64,000 nt of DNA from assembly GCF_000143415.4 (NCBI RefSeq), contig NW_003314350.1, positions 496,001-560,000 on the forward strand. The letters run 5' to 3'. A model generated the notes under the pieces. That model had not been told where the DNA came from. It made no database searches and saw only the letters and a list, made by a program, of their open reading frames with translations. Below, in pieces: positions 49,410 to 62,671 of the stretch. A program made the position numbers and the translations under genes. The stretch is from Selaginella moellendorffii (Eukaryota; Plantae; Lycopodiophyta). The stretch's first letter is position 1, and the number at the start of each line of letters is the position of its first letter.

Positions 49410-50691
49410 GTCCACAGCCGAGAAAGATGGTACCCATTGAGGCGCATGCTGAAAGTTTTCACAACACGTTTCTCTCATCAGCTCGTGAACTTGGTCAAAA
49501 GATAGCAGAGACATAAAACACGCAATGCCTTCGCTCTCATGGTAGTTTCCTCTTCCGCAGGCAGGTAATGCATGGCAGCCTCGAACAATGGCTGTAGGAA
49601 GAAATCCGAGGCACTATTACAAAAACACACCAAAAGTCAGCTCTCATATAACGGTGAAATAAAAGAAACTCAGAGAAGCGCCAGACTTCTCTTGTGGATG
49701 AAAACCTCGAAAGCAAAACGAAGAACGCTTTCTTCCCGCTGTTGCGTCGTCTCTTCGATCAAGAACGTCAAAGCGGACAAGCACACCTCCACTGCAGCCT
49801 TGTCATAAGATATGAGAGCTACATGCTCCTCCTTGGCCTCTTCGTGGCGACTGAGCCCAATCAATGCCTTGTGCTACGATGATCCAAGGAGCCTTTGAGA
49901 ACCGAAACGCACTTCAGAACTCCCTCGAAGTTCCCATTCTGGAGCGGCCCAGCAGCAATGTACCTGAGAATTGTGAGCTTCTGGCTTGTCACAGTTTGCT
50001 CCTCGCCCTTGCTCTTGCACGATCCCTTGAGCGCCTCGGAGCAAATCTCATACGCTTACTCCATGTACTTGACGGACTCAGCCTTTGATTCCGAGCCCTG
50101 GAGCGCCAGGAGTGATTTCCCGTAGAGAAGATATATGTCCACCAGCTCTTGATATTTCTCCAGGGAGTCTTGGAAAAAACCACGGGCCCTCCCTAGGACA
50201 CTGGAAGCTAGCGCCTTGTGTGACATCTCCCGCACTGTTCTTTCTTGACCGCACAAGACACAGATCAAACATGACCTGCTGCTCTTCCCTGGTGCCAATC
50301 GATGAGAGACGATCTCGGTGGCTCGCTCGAAGCAGCCGGCCGCGATTTGTAGTTCCGGATCTTGTGAGGTCGTGCCCGATTAAAGGAAGAATGTAACCAT
50401 CTTGAGCGACCTGATGGATCCAACGGCACCGGCCAAGAAGAGCATCTCAACGAAGCCGCACGTGGTATTCCCCCGAGGAATCCACCGCTGCGCGGCCTGG
50501 CGGCTGGTAACTTAGCTTCCAGATTTGCAGCCACTGCTCCTCTCAGAGCTCGGATTTGAGACCGAGCACGCATTCTTGGAGCTCTTCGGCAGTATCGACA
50601 CTGATTGCCAGAGAAGAAGCCTGCTAGGCGCTCGATCCTCCGCAACGGATTCACAGTAGCCACATCAACTAAGTACCTCCGAGATGAGCAT
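49410..50691 (-). pseudogene. ZIP4: ZIP4/SPO22 meiotic TPR protein pseudogene (N-terminal half)
   Basis: MLISE, QIWKLSY, CFERATEIVS, LRYIAAGPLQNGNFEGVLKCV, GLSRHEEA and RAKALRVLCLCYL, interrupted by stops and frameshifts. Confidence 0.82.
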
Positions 50692-51258
50692 CGTGAGAAC
50701 AAGCGATCGCCGCGCCTGCGAAGCCCTAGAATAATTTCCCGCCCAAATTTTCAGAAAATTAGGGTTCAAGATGCCTTAAAGCCCTAAAAGAAACTCTTTG
50801 TTAGGGCTCTCATCAGCTTGATTTAGTCTTCTTTTCTCTTGATGTAGACTTTTGTGTGTCATGTAGCCAACGCGTAGCACAGTTTGAGCAAGATTTTCCG
50901 CTTGAGTCTTCTTCGAAGGGACATTGTGTGTCATGTAGCGTCCTCCAGTCTTGGAAGATTTTCCGCGAAAGGTACGCTCGCTAGCTTAGTTCTTGCTTCA
51001 GTCTTCTTTTCTTCCGTTTTTAATAGTTCACTTAGAAAATTCCATCTTGCAAGAAGTTTAAGAATTGACCGCAAACAATATTCTTCAATCACATGAACGC
51101 GCAAACGTGTTGCATCATTTTCATGCATGTATGAACTAGAGATTTCAGTAGAGGAGGTTATATGCTTGTGTTGCAATTCCTGTGCCATACGGTTTCTATT
51201 CCAGAGAATGTAGAGGACGTTATATGCTTGTGTTAAGCAAAATACAGAGCTTGTATCC

Positions 51259-54048
51259 ATGGCCAGCCTGAGAGCACTTGTTTCTGAAGCTGTCAAAGAA
51301 GTGATTGGGCTTGCCAAGTCTGCAATTCATTGCAAGGAGAAGTGCAGCGAGTTGGAAGATTCATTGACCGAAGCATAAGTGAAATGAACAAATATTCTGC
51401 TGCCGAGGGCTCTCTGAGCTCCTCACAACTGGATACCTTGCTGAAAGCCCTCAAAGCCAAGGTTGAAGAGGCTAAACCTCTTGTTCTTGAATGCCAGTCT
51501 CTACAAAATCCCGTTCTAGATGGCCTAAAGAGGTTGGTTGTGCTTCTCTTGGGATATTTCTGAATTGAGTTTGTGATTTTGTTTCAGGCTAACACTTGCT
51601 ACCAAGATTGACCACTGCTCCAAGGCGATTCACGAGCACTTGGCTGCAGCTCCTCGAAATCTTGTCGTTGAGCTTTTGATGAAGAAGCAAAAAGAGGTGT
51701 CCTCTAATGTGGTTCTAAAGGAAGAACAGCATGTTGTTCCTTTGGATGACCACATTTTCGGCATGGAAGAGACGCTGGAGCGGGTTGTATCAGACTTGCT
51801 GGGGTCCCCTGTAAGGAGCAAGTGGGTTGGAGTCCATGGAGCAGGAGGTGCTGGAAAAACACTCCTGGCCAAACGAGTATGTGACAACAATCAAATAAAG
51901 GGACGTTTTGATCCAGTTTTGTGGCTAACATTTGGTCAGTCGTTTCAGGTACGTTCTTAAGCTTATAATGCAACATATTGAGCAGCTATGGTTGTATCTC
52001 CTCAGGTGGAAGCAAAGCAACACGAACTTGCCAAAAAAATCCGACTAGCTGTTCGCAGTCAACGCATTCCCAAACCAAAATCATGCTCAAGTCAGCAAGG
52101 TAGTACTGGAGCAAGTTGTGGAAAAGTGTGGGGGGCTTCCACTAGTCTTGAAGGTAATTGGCAGAAGAATGGCAGCCACACAAGACTGGGACTATGTTCT
52201 GAGCAAACTCAAGGATCGGCAACTTCTTGCTCTTGATGAGGAACAACAGGTACTGCAGCGACTCAAGCTGGGTTACGATGCATTGTTGCCTCTTGGCATC
52301 CAGCAGCACTTTCTCTTCTTTGCAGCATTTCCAGAAGACTGGCGAATTCGATTCTGGGATCTGTTCAGGTGTTGGACAAGGGCTGGTTGCCAACATAGCA
52401 GAGGCCACCAATGTTTTAGAAAGGCTCAAGAATCACGCACTTATCACTGAAGAACACTGCCCAGGGGAGAATAAGAGGTACAGATTCACGATGCGTTGCT
52501 GGCTCTTGCTTTGCACATCCTGGAACAAGAAGGCCCAAAGTGTTATTTCAAGGCTGGGCAGTCGCAGATGAGGGACGTGGGGGACGCCTTCACGAGTAAC
52601 TACAGCAGGATTTCACTGTTTGGGTCTGAAATTTCGGAAATCCCTCTGCCTAAGAAGAATGGGATCAGAGTTTCCAGCACCACTTGCCTGCTCCTGGATT
52701 ATAGTTACGGTCTCACTGCATTGCCAAACCTCCCTCTTTTCAAAGGCTTGAAGGTTTTGTGCATGATATGCACACTTGGGTGGTAAGTTTGCCACATAGC
52801 ATTGGACAGCCCAAGACTCTGGAGACTCTGGATTTGTCTTCGAATGATTCACTTGAAAGCATCCCAGCTTCACTCGGCAACTTGGCGAATTTATCGTATT
52901 TGAACTTGGAAAACTGTTTGGAACTGAAGTCTTTCCCTGTGGATGCTTTGCTCAAACTCACCAAGCTGATCTACTTGAACGGAAAGGGATGTCGGGGAAT
53001 GTGGACATGCCACAGGTGGCATCATCGGCTTTTCAAACATCAGAAATGCTTAAACAGGACGTTTGGAAGACTCCATCTGGATGGGATGTTTCAGGCGTTG
53101 ACAAAGTTGGAGGTGTTGATTATTGATACACAGTTGGCTGTGGATCTACCAACAAGCATGGGCACAATGGCCCATTTGAAACACTTGAAAAATCAAGGTC
53201 AGTGGGGGGGAACATGTGATAGCTTTCAGGGCTTGCCTGACATTTTGAGACTGGAGGGATGGGAGCTTCTATTGTCAGGCTGGGATTGGGGCAGATTGCT
53301 AAAGTTGAGAACTTTGGAAGTGAAATGCTTTTGGGAAAGTGACTTTAGAGTAACTTCTACCATGCGTATTGGTGACTATCACCACCTTGAGGGGCTTCCT
53401 TTCTTAACACAGGAAATGCTTCCCATGCTGACAACACTCCACCTTCAGGGATGCCAAAACTTGATTGGCATGGCCACCATCTCTCAACTGGCATCACTTA
53501 AGCTCCTCAACATCTCCAACTGTTTCTCCTTGAAGGACCTCTCCATCTCGTTCCTTCCAAATCTAGAGACAGTTCTTCTAGATAGCTGCAACGAAGTGAC
53601 CACCATCAACATATCCGAGTGCCCATCATTGAGAGTTGTTCAAATCGTTGACAATCATTGGCTTGACCGTGTTGCATTCGATGGCAAGCTCCCACGACTT
53701 GAAGTTATAATTCTTGGTGGATTTGGAAAGCTTCCAGATGTATCTATAGTTGCCATGGATGCGTTCCCACAGCTGACGTCGCTGCAAATAAAGAACTATG
53801 GTATTAACCAACTACCAGAATGGTTCACATCATTCACAATGTTGAGAACTCTGGAATTTTGTTTTCTGAAGAACTTGGATGTGATACCTGATGGTGTTGC
53901 AGGGCTTCCTCTGCTAAGGAAGCTTAATCTGGAAGGTTGCATGAAGATCAAGACGTTACCCTTTGCAGATTCTGAGGACATCTCCTTCTATCCATCCCTG
54001 GAGTACTTAAGCTTGACAGGCACATCCACAACGCCTTCGAAAAAATGA
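51259..54048 (+). pseudogene. NB-LRR with RPW8-like N-terminus, disrupted
   Basis: N-terminal helical domain, P-loop GAGGAGKT, VLWLTFGQS, CGGLPLVLKVIG, FAAFPED, IHD, LRRs; several frameshifts; kinase-2 region missing. Confidence 0.85.
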
Positions 54049-54399
54049 AAAGTTTATATGGAACCTTTCACAACGCTTTCGAAAAGATGCAATGTTTATA
54101 TGGAAATTTAGGACAATTTGGGATGAGCAGTGTTATGTTGATATTGATGATCAATGGTCGGAGAATTTCACAATTAATGAAATTCAAATGAAACAATTAT
54201 GGATAGCTAAACATTCACAAAATATTCAATTATAACCATGTAAATCATGAATGTATAAATTTTCAAAGTGAATTTGCCACGTTTACTGTCCACTTAATAG
54301 GAGAATTTCCATATTAGATGTCACATAAGCTTCGAACGTTAAGAAGAAATCTGAATCGTTAATTATATTAGAATCTAGACCGTCGCTCCTGCGCTGCTC

Positions 54400-55960
54400 A
54401 CGGGTGGAGCTGAATCGGCCGTGGCTGCAGCTGGGGCTACTTGCTCGTGGCTGCACTGCTGCATTGCTGGATGGAGCTGGATCTGTGTTGCTAGATGGAG
54501 TTGGACCAAGTTGGATCGCTGCTTGCTGGATGGAGTTGGACCAAGTTCGATCGCTGCTTCCTGGAGCTGCTTGTTAGAGCACCGCTGCGTTGTTGGATGG
54601 AGCTGGATAGCTGCTTGCTCGGCTGTGGCTGCCTGGCTAGTGCTGGATTGCTGCTTGCTTGGCTCAGGCTGCTTGTCTGGTCGGTCCGCTACTCGCTGAA
54701 TGTGCTGCTCCTGGAGAGAACAAAAATAGCTCTAAGAAAAAGTAACAACCAAATCGAAAACATGTTGCAGCTGTTGCTATGACACCAGCAAGAACTCCGG
54801 AAGTATTGGAGAGTACTCCCTGTTACAAGCTTAGTATCAGTTCCGGCCAGAAGTACTAGTTAATTACCGCCAATATCCCGACTGCAAGAAAGCATCCAAA
54901 CCCTGCATATCAAAACAAACTTAAAGCTGTATTTTACCTGGGCCATCATACACAGAAAAGGCGAACAGACATGGCTAAGCTGTGTAATACCGGCCAAGAA
55001 AACCAATGGATTGCATCACCTGCACATAGTAAAACAGTGCTGCAAATACTTAACCAACAACGAAGAGCTAAAATTGAGCATATATATACATACCTTCCTC
55101 CTTCTCCTGGGGCCACGGCAATTCAGTTCGACCTGGAAGAAGTGTCAAGAACAAGAGAGTAAAACATGAGAAAGGGTGGAAGAAAGTTTGCGCTAAGTCA
55201 AGAGGGCTTACGTCGGTTTCATTGCCGAGGTTTAGCTTCGTCGCAATGTACTTCTTGACCAGCAATATGGGAAGTTGCCTACCTCTGCGTGTTTAGAGAA
55301 GTCGGTGGAGTTGAAATCGTCTTACGTTATTCTCACGTAGGGTGTTATGATCGGGAAGCACCGAGTCCTCACTCCTGTGGACCCGACAAGTCAGACGCCA
55401 AAGAGAAAAATAAAACAGAGGGAAAGATGGCCTGCAAAGCCAGAGAAGTTTCTAAGGGAAAACGAAAGAACTTAACTGGTTGGCCGCGGGCTTGAGAGCA
55501 AACCACACTCCATTGTCTGGTGTGACAACCTGGAAGCAGAAATGCACGAAACTAAGAAACCGAAGGACTACTGTGCAATCAAGCAACTTCTAGGATTAAA
55601 ACTTAGCATTGCATGGAAAACGAAAGTGATAAAAGCAATTTACCTGAATCACTGGATTTGTGCTCTTCGTCCTCTTCGCTCGAGCTTGTTATTTCTCACT
55701 TAACTTTCATGTAATTAAATAGAGCCGGGGCAATCTCTTCCTCTGAAAGTGTGATATCTTCCACAGGCGAGCTATATGCCTGAGAAACAAAAAAAAGTAA
55801 TGCAAAGTATGAGCGAACTCACGGTTTTCTGCCAGAATGTAAACCAGACCACTCCCAACGAACCAAACGTGAAGAAAACCGAGGGCCAGTTATACTCGTG
55901 AATCAAGGCACAGTGGAGTCAAAACTGTGGCTACTGATCACCATATCACTCCGAGCCAGT
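54400..55960 (-). pseudogene. Chimeric PHT4::BMI1-RAWUL::PHT4 unit, copy 2, ending in a GATGGAGCTGGA-repeat exon
   Basis: WPSVFFTFGSLG|AYSSP, GRQLPILLVKKYIATKLNLGNETD|VELNCRG..RK|VMQSIGFLG|GLDAFLQSG|GVLSNTSGVLAGVIATAAT. Confidence 0.78.
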
Positions 55961-56449
55961 TAAGTTTCCATGCAAAAGAGAAACGAAACTTTTTTTCTGG
56001 GTAGAAACGAATGTAGGTGTCGGAAAAAGAAAATGAAAATCTTTGCTCGCGCCTACTCTCGTCCTAAAACTCGTGACGTGAGCCGGCATCGCGGCCAACA
56101 TTGCGACTAGAGCCGATCCCTCGGGCGTAGATCGATCGTGTAGATACGAGAGAGCTGTGCCATAGATGAGAACCCCGCCTCCAATCCAACGCGATTGCTC
56201 CAATCTGCTGCTATCTCTCTCGCTGGGAGCCCTAGAACAAAGACACGATGGGTGGATCGCTTGATCGCGCAATGCGGCGAGCTGTAACGCCAGCCCTAAG
56301 CGCCTCGAGCTCCCAAATAGGGTTCACAATATTACATTTATCAACGTGGCACATGATGTTTAGATTGTGAAATTGTTATGAAATTTTTTCATTGCGTGAT
56401 TTCAACGGAAAACTACTAGCGATTCATACATATTGAATCCTCAGATTTC

Positions 56450-57050
56450 TCTAGTGAAGCCTGCCATGTTGACGACGCAAAGTTACTCTTTGACAAAATG
56501 CCGGAATGAGACGTCGTCTCGTGCACGCCTGAGAACGACGGAATTGTCTATCATATGATAGCCGACCTAGAATCAGACTCGCTTGCTCGATCCATTTGAC
56601 CGTTCTGGGCATAAGCAGCGACGAGAGTGTTCCAGGAAACCATGTCTCGGACTTGCATGGAATCGAGGAGCTTCGCAGCGGCAATCAGTGCGTCGAGGGA
56701 TTCCAAGTTCTTGTATAGCATGGCGTCAAACACCTTTTTGGATTCTTCAAGATGCCCACTTTTGAGTTCTCCAGGAGTTCTATGATCGCTGGGCACGGAC
56801 GAGCTAACTTTCGCGAGCGTTTTAGCAGCTTTCAGTGGAGGGACTGCTCGAGCAAGGCAGACGCTACTTTCTTTTGATCATCTCGGACCTCGGGATTAAG
56901 CGGTGCAGCGCTTCTCAGCGATGGTGGACATTTACAGCCGAGTCGGGCTGCTCAAGTTTGCCGAGGAGCTGATCGAGACGATGCCGTTTGTGCCCCAGAA
57001 GCATTCGTCGCTGGGGTCTCGAGCTGCCGAACCTTTGCCATTTCACTGCG
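56450..57050. pseudogene. PPR fragments in both orientations
   Basis: Minus strand GHLEESKKVFDAM, RDMVSWNTLVAAYAQNG; plus strand MVDIYSRVGLLKFAEELIETMPFVP. Confidence 0.75.
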
Positions 57051-57335
57051 TGTTTTTTCAGAATTTCTTTCTCGATCACATGGACAAATCCAATTCTAAA
57101 TATTAAAAATTTAAATTTATCAGAATATTTTTAAACACTTATACCAAAAATTGAATCTTTATTGGTTTTCTAAGTTACAAATTGTGTTGTCCCCAAAAAT
57201 CCGGACCCAAAATTTACAGCAGCCACCACCACTCCTCCCTCCATACATTCGTGAAGATGAAAACGAAAGTAAAAAAAGAAAAAATGAAAATAAAAACAGC
57301 AGAAGAAAAACTCTCTATGCATGCACCATGGAGGG

Positions 57336-60215
57336 CTACATACTCGTCGTATCTCCTTGCAGCTGTGGAACAAGGCACTCGCGCGGATTGGAGAAAAAGT
57401 AGTCCTCCTCCTTGGGCCTGTCTGGGAGAACTCGTCTCTCAACGGGAGATCCCATTCGCTCCGCGTGGAGATGCCTCACCGCCATCGCAAACTCGTCCCA
57501 CCGAAACGTTCCAGATTCATACTCGTCGATGAGTTCCACTAGACTCTTCCTGTCCAGTAAAACTGTCTTGCGGAATCCCAAGTACCTGGGAAGATTGCAC
57601 AGAAAAAGCTTTAGAATCGAGACAGTGACACTGCAAGAAAATCAAAACAACCAAGGATCTCGGTTCTCGATAAGAACTCTACTTTGAAAGCAAGGAAGGA
57701 CACGAGTTCTTGTCACGAAACTGGAAAGAATGAATGAAAGGACACAAAAACAGACTTTGGTTCGATGAAAAGCGATGAAAAACCACTTTAAATCGGCCAT
57801 GGAGCTCGACAAACGAAAGAGATCCAGCACACCAACAAGGACGAAGAAAAAAGCTGGAGAGTTTTAGCCAGTACCTTCGGTGTCCTTCCACGACTTTAGC
57901 CATATTCCCATCGTAAGTTGGAATGAAGACGTCACTGGCGAGCGAGACGAGATAATCCAAGGCTGCCATTTGCGAGGACCTGTTCTGGAAAGGTCTCAGC
58001 TCCTCCTCCGTGAGAAGCATCTCCTTTCTCACCTGCGAAACAAGTTTTGGTTCTTCGAAAACTTAGAACAAGTTAAGACGCACAAGATCGAGCGAGAAGA
58101 CTTACGATCTTTGGAAAAGCTCGCCTTACGACTGCCATTCGCTTGTCACCTCCGTAGATCTCTCCAGCAGCGATGTATACTTGCATGCCACTGTCGTATC
58201 CCAGCGCTCGTAAAATCAAAGTCGTCTCTTCCGGAGTGAGTGGACAAAGCCCGTCTTTTCTCTTTTGGACACCGTCAATGATCTTCTCCTTCCACCACGG
58301 GTAAGCGTATCTGCAAGCGCGAAAACAATTCCATCGTGTGTTAAGTCACAGAAAACAAAGTTTTAAAAGAGAGGAAGGAGAAGAAGAAAAGTGTGAGGGA
58401 ATGTGACAAACACTAGAAAGTTGCCATGACAAAAGTTGCAGAGAGTTTTTTTTTTTTTTCTGTACTCTCTCGCACTGTGAAGGATGGATTGACTTGCCTC
58501 ATTCTCGTGAGCTCCTTGGCTTCTACTCTCTTGCAGCCGTGAGTGCATCCAGAGAATGCTAGCATGTCCATCTCGTAGCGGAGATGGAGAGCCATGAATG
58601 GACCCTTGGCCTGCAAGAGCTTGACGAGCTTGTCACCGAGGAGCTCGATCTGGGGAGTGAAACGAAGAGAGTGGAAGTTTACGCGGCACCGGAGCTTCTG
58701 GATCTCGTCCGGAAGGCCATTGTTTGCTAGGCGAGCGTCCGTGCGGTTTAAGTGGAGGATTTTGTGCTTCTTGATCAGTGGAAGTATCTGTGACAAAAAA
58801 GAAAGAAAAAGTCGTCCATCAACTTAAGAAACTTGAGAAGAACTCCACCACAAACTAAAGGACTAGACAAAACACTCGCATCAAAGAAAAGGAGGAACTA
58901 TAAAACTAGAAAAGAGAAAAACGAAAGCGAGACTCGACCGAAACACATCAAGAAAAGGAAGAACTAGAAACTTGGATTGATAAAATCAGAGCTTACCACC
59001 GAAACACATCAAGAAAAGGAAGACCTCGAAACTAGGATTGATAGAACAAGAGCTCACCTGGTTGAGATAATATGACTCGTTGGACCAGCTCACGGGAGGC
59101 ATGGTATAGACAGCTTGGTTTTGCAGCCTCTGTGCGAATTTGGCTGGAACTTGTTTGATGATCCGGACTTCGTCACGGAGAGAGTTTATAAAGTGATCCA
59201 CGTCGAAGATATCTCCAAAGTCACTGCGAGTAATCAAGATGGTCACCTCCATTGTTTCTTTGATACCATGAGATTGAGTGGAAGCTTACCTGGGATCGGC
59301 CCAGAACGATGTCTTGTCCAACTCTGGAACGATCAAAGTAACGTTTAGATACTTGGCGATGGCGACCATATCACATATCTGCACGAGAATTGGTTCTAGA
59401 GTTATGAAAGGAAAGTAGAAAAGTTTGTTTCGATCGTGAAAAGCTCACCGCTGCTCGCATCTGGTTGAGCCCTCCATTGCACGAAACCATGAGATAGCCA
59501 TTGTTCTTGTAAATTCCTGCGGTGATCAATCAATCAGCAAACGTTAGAAATAAAGGCCAAAAAGGAGAAGAAAAGTGACTCCGAGAGGGAAAAAAAAAAA
59601 AGAAAACCAAGAATCGAGACAAAGAGAGAAGTTTTCGCGAGAGCAAAAGATCCATTCAAGTAGCGTCACGGCCAAGAAGATCCTTGAGACAAGCAAAACA
59701 AAAGAAGCAAAGAAAAACTCTTATAAAAGTTTGGCCATACGAGAGACGAGAGGAAACTTACTTCGAGGTGGCGGAGATGGATCGAGCAGCAACGCCGCGG
59801 CGGCCGGATGATCCAATCGATGGACAAGAGGGCGATGGAAATCCACGCTGCTACTGCCGCTGTTACTCCCACCCGAGTCGAATCGATCGAAGCACGAAGG
59901 CCATCGCTTTACCAAATGGAGCCTCCACAGCTCGCCCAGCGCCGTGAGTTGGATGATACACGTCCACAAGAGAATGCTGGTGCTCGCGCGGAGGAGCCAG
60001 ACGTGGAGCCGCGATCGATGCGAAGAGGGCGCAGGAATCATGGCCGAATTGCTACTCTTCTTCTTCCTCCCGCGCTGGAAATTCTTGATCTTGGCTATGG
60101 CGGCTACCTCCAAATCCTTCCACCGCTGCTGCTGGAATCCATCCTCCTCTTCGTTCTCCTCCTGCTCTTCCAGCCCTTGCTCCTTCTCTTCTTGTGGATC
60201 TTCCTTCCGGGGCAT
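57336..60215 (-). CDS. O-fucosyltransferase-family (GT106) RG-I rhamnosyltransferase-like protein, multi-exon; start may be 60041
   Basis: [87 protein letters not shown]. Confidence 0.93.
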
Positions 60216-62671
60216 CTTGGCGGCTCATTCGCGCGAGAATTCGTTCAGCATTGGGTGGAGTGCGAGAGATCGCGAGATCGCGCGAATTGGGCAGGATGGT
60301 TTCGTCCGGGGCAAGCCGCCCACCAAACAATCCAACGAACCAACAAACCCAGCGAAGAGAATCGAGACCGGAAGAACAACCAAACAAACCGAAAGAGAAA
60401 AAAAATGTCCCTTTTCTTTACACCCCCCTGTTCTTGGCTCGCGCAATTCGGGAATCTTGGCTCGATTCCTCTTCCTGGGCAGCGGCGATGGGAGGAAGCC
60501 GGAGCGATTGCGCTCGCAATTCCCAAGAAGATCACCTGGGGCGATGGATCTCCTCCTTTGCCCCCTCTCCCATTCAAGAGAGGGAAAATGGGAGCTCACT
60601 ACAAACAAGAACTACTCGCAAACTACTCCTCCTCTCTTCTTGCATTGATCAAGAAATGTAGGAGCACCGATCCATCCCCACGCTTTCAATGTGGGCGCTA
60701 CCGACTTTAGATCAGATCTAGGCGCGCGCGCGCGAGAGAGAAAGAGGGGGAGAGGGGAAAAGAATCGATTGATCTGTTCGACCACCAAAGAATCTCTCAA
60801 AGAATCGGCCGGATGCGCGGCAGCCCACCTCGGATTCCTCCCCAAATCGCGAGCCCAAAGAGCCCTAATCCCTCTGTCGGGCCCTCTGCGACGTCACGGA
60901 CGCCGCCATCGCCATCGCCTCTCTTTCATCCTCTCTCTAGTTTCTTGCTCGTAGTGACGTGGCACTGACACGTCAGTATTGACGTGGCGGGCCCGCCGCG
61001 CTGGCCCCATCCTGGCCGTCGGTGGGGCGCCCAACGGGCACACCGTACGGTGGGAATATCCCGGACTCTTGCACGAAGCGGGAATGGGCCATATGACCCA
61101 TCCGTACACATTAATAGCCAAGGTATGTGCAGCGTGTCTGCTGTCCAAAGTCATCAAGGCGTCAGGACGGTGCCATTTTCTCATTCTTTACGACCAAAGC
61201 TTTTTTGGCCTGGACGACTGAACAAAAAAAAATCCATTCCTTCTTCTCCGTGTTTGGCTGTCTGGAAGACCACCATGAGAAACCTTTAAAAGAAAATTTT
61301 TTCACCCTGGTCATGGTCGACACTCCAGAAAACCTTTGCTCTTCTTCGTAGATTGGTACCGCGTTCCATCGTTTTCGCCTTTGGTTTCTACAAAAAAGAC
61401 AGCCTTTGGCAGGGACTAAAGCCACTGGTTTTCGCAAATCACTCCTTTTAGCGAGCCTAGAATAAGAATAAGAATGCACCGAGTGAACTGTAAAGCACAG
61501 AGACTTACAGCCGTGCGCCGGACGAACAGGCAGCGGTGGTCGCCGCAAAGACGCCGTTGCTTTGGTTTCGGGGAAAGCGCCATGAGTCGTGACCAGTTTG
61601 TTCGATCCATGATTTTCCATGGAGCTTTGCGAGACGTTGCAAAGTGGATCAAGCAAAGCAAACCTGTTCGAAACAAAGACAATCACACACACTAAAAAAC
61701 ACAACTTGAGACGAAAGTGAAACGGGGTACCTTTCCTCGACTGGGATGTTTAAACACCGGGGAAGAAGAGCGATCACGATCAAGGGAGTCCCCCACCACA
61801 ACGTCTGTTTCCATGTAGAATGCGCCGATAGAACTAACGGGACCCTGGACCCGATCAATGGAATGCTTGTCACCGCTGTTCATATCGACGAGTCAGTATA
61901 CTTGGAGAATCTAAAGCAGGGGGGAATCATACCCCCACACTCCCCAGATACCTTTGATGGTCCTACTTTGATTGTTGGCCACCTTTAGCATTCAAGCGCC
62001 ACCGAATTTTTCCGCTTTGACAGTACACCGACTGGACAAGTGGACGGAGGATCGTAGGCCGGAACTGCAACCTCAGCAGTCTAGATTTGACTCCAAGTAG
62101 CACTGCGATTCACCAGCGTCAAAGACGAGTGAAAAACACCAGAGAGCATTCATGTTACGTCTGGAAGCTGAAAGTAAACAAGCGGCCAAAAAGCCTGTAG
62201 AGCGAACGGAAAGTGGTGAGTGGTGAAGGATAAAAAAAACGCTTTCAAGCGCGAAAGGTGTAGAGATACCTCTCTTGCTTTGTACGCCAGATCCAGCAGC
62301 GCGTATACGTTGTGCTGATATAACTTTGTGCTTATACGCATAAAAAACGACCTGCGACTCAGCTTTCAGTCTCGCTTATAATACGAGTTGAATTTGCGAA
62401 AGAAGAGTTACTCGGGAAAAGCAAATCGCCACCACTAGCTCTCATGACGAGCTCAAGCCTGGCCGTAAGGATTCAAGCCAGACTTTCACCTCTCTCGATA
62501 AAATACGTAGCTGCGAAAAGGCTTACACATATCACAACTCCTTTGAGGACCGAATCCTGTGGAAAAACCACGTGAAACTGGCGCAGCACTAAGTTGGTAG
62601 CAAATTGAGCACGACTCGAGCAAGCACGAGATGGAGATATCGAGCGCATACCAATTAATTCCACGCCTACG

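Noticed and set aside
49670-50298. NASP/SHNi-TPR histone chaperone, suggested by YLLYGKSLL
   Set aside because: Surrounding motifs (CFERATEIVS, RVLCLCYL) fit ZIP4 much better.
54400-54700. GATGGAGCTGGATC repeats (also 39470-39710) as a CRISPR-like array
   Set aside because: Degenerate, irregularly spaced, no unique spacers, and eukaryotic context.
59808-60710. Long plus-strand ORFs (300 and 234 aa)
   Set aside because: Antisense shadows of the RRT-like first exon and 5'UTR with no recognisable motifs.
61350-62650. Minus-strand exon-like segments
   Set aside because: Splice-like signals exist but I could not build a stop-free model or recognise a family.
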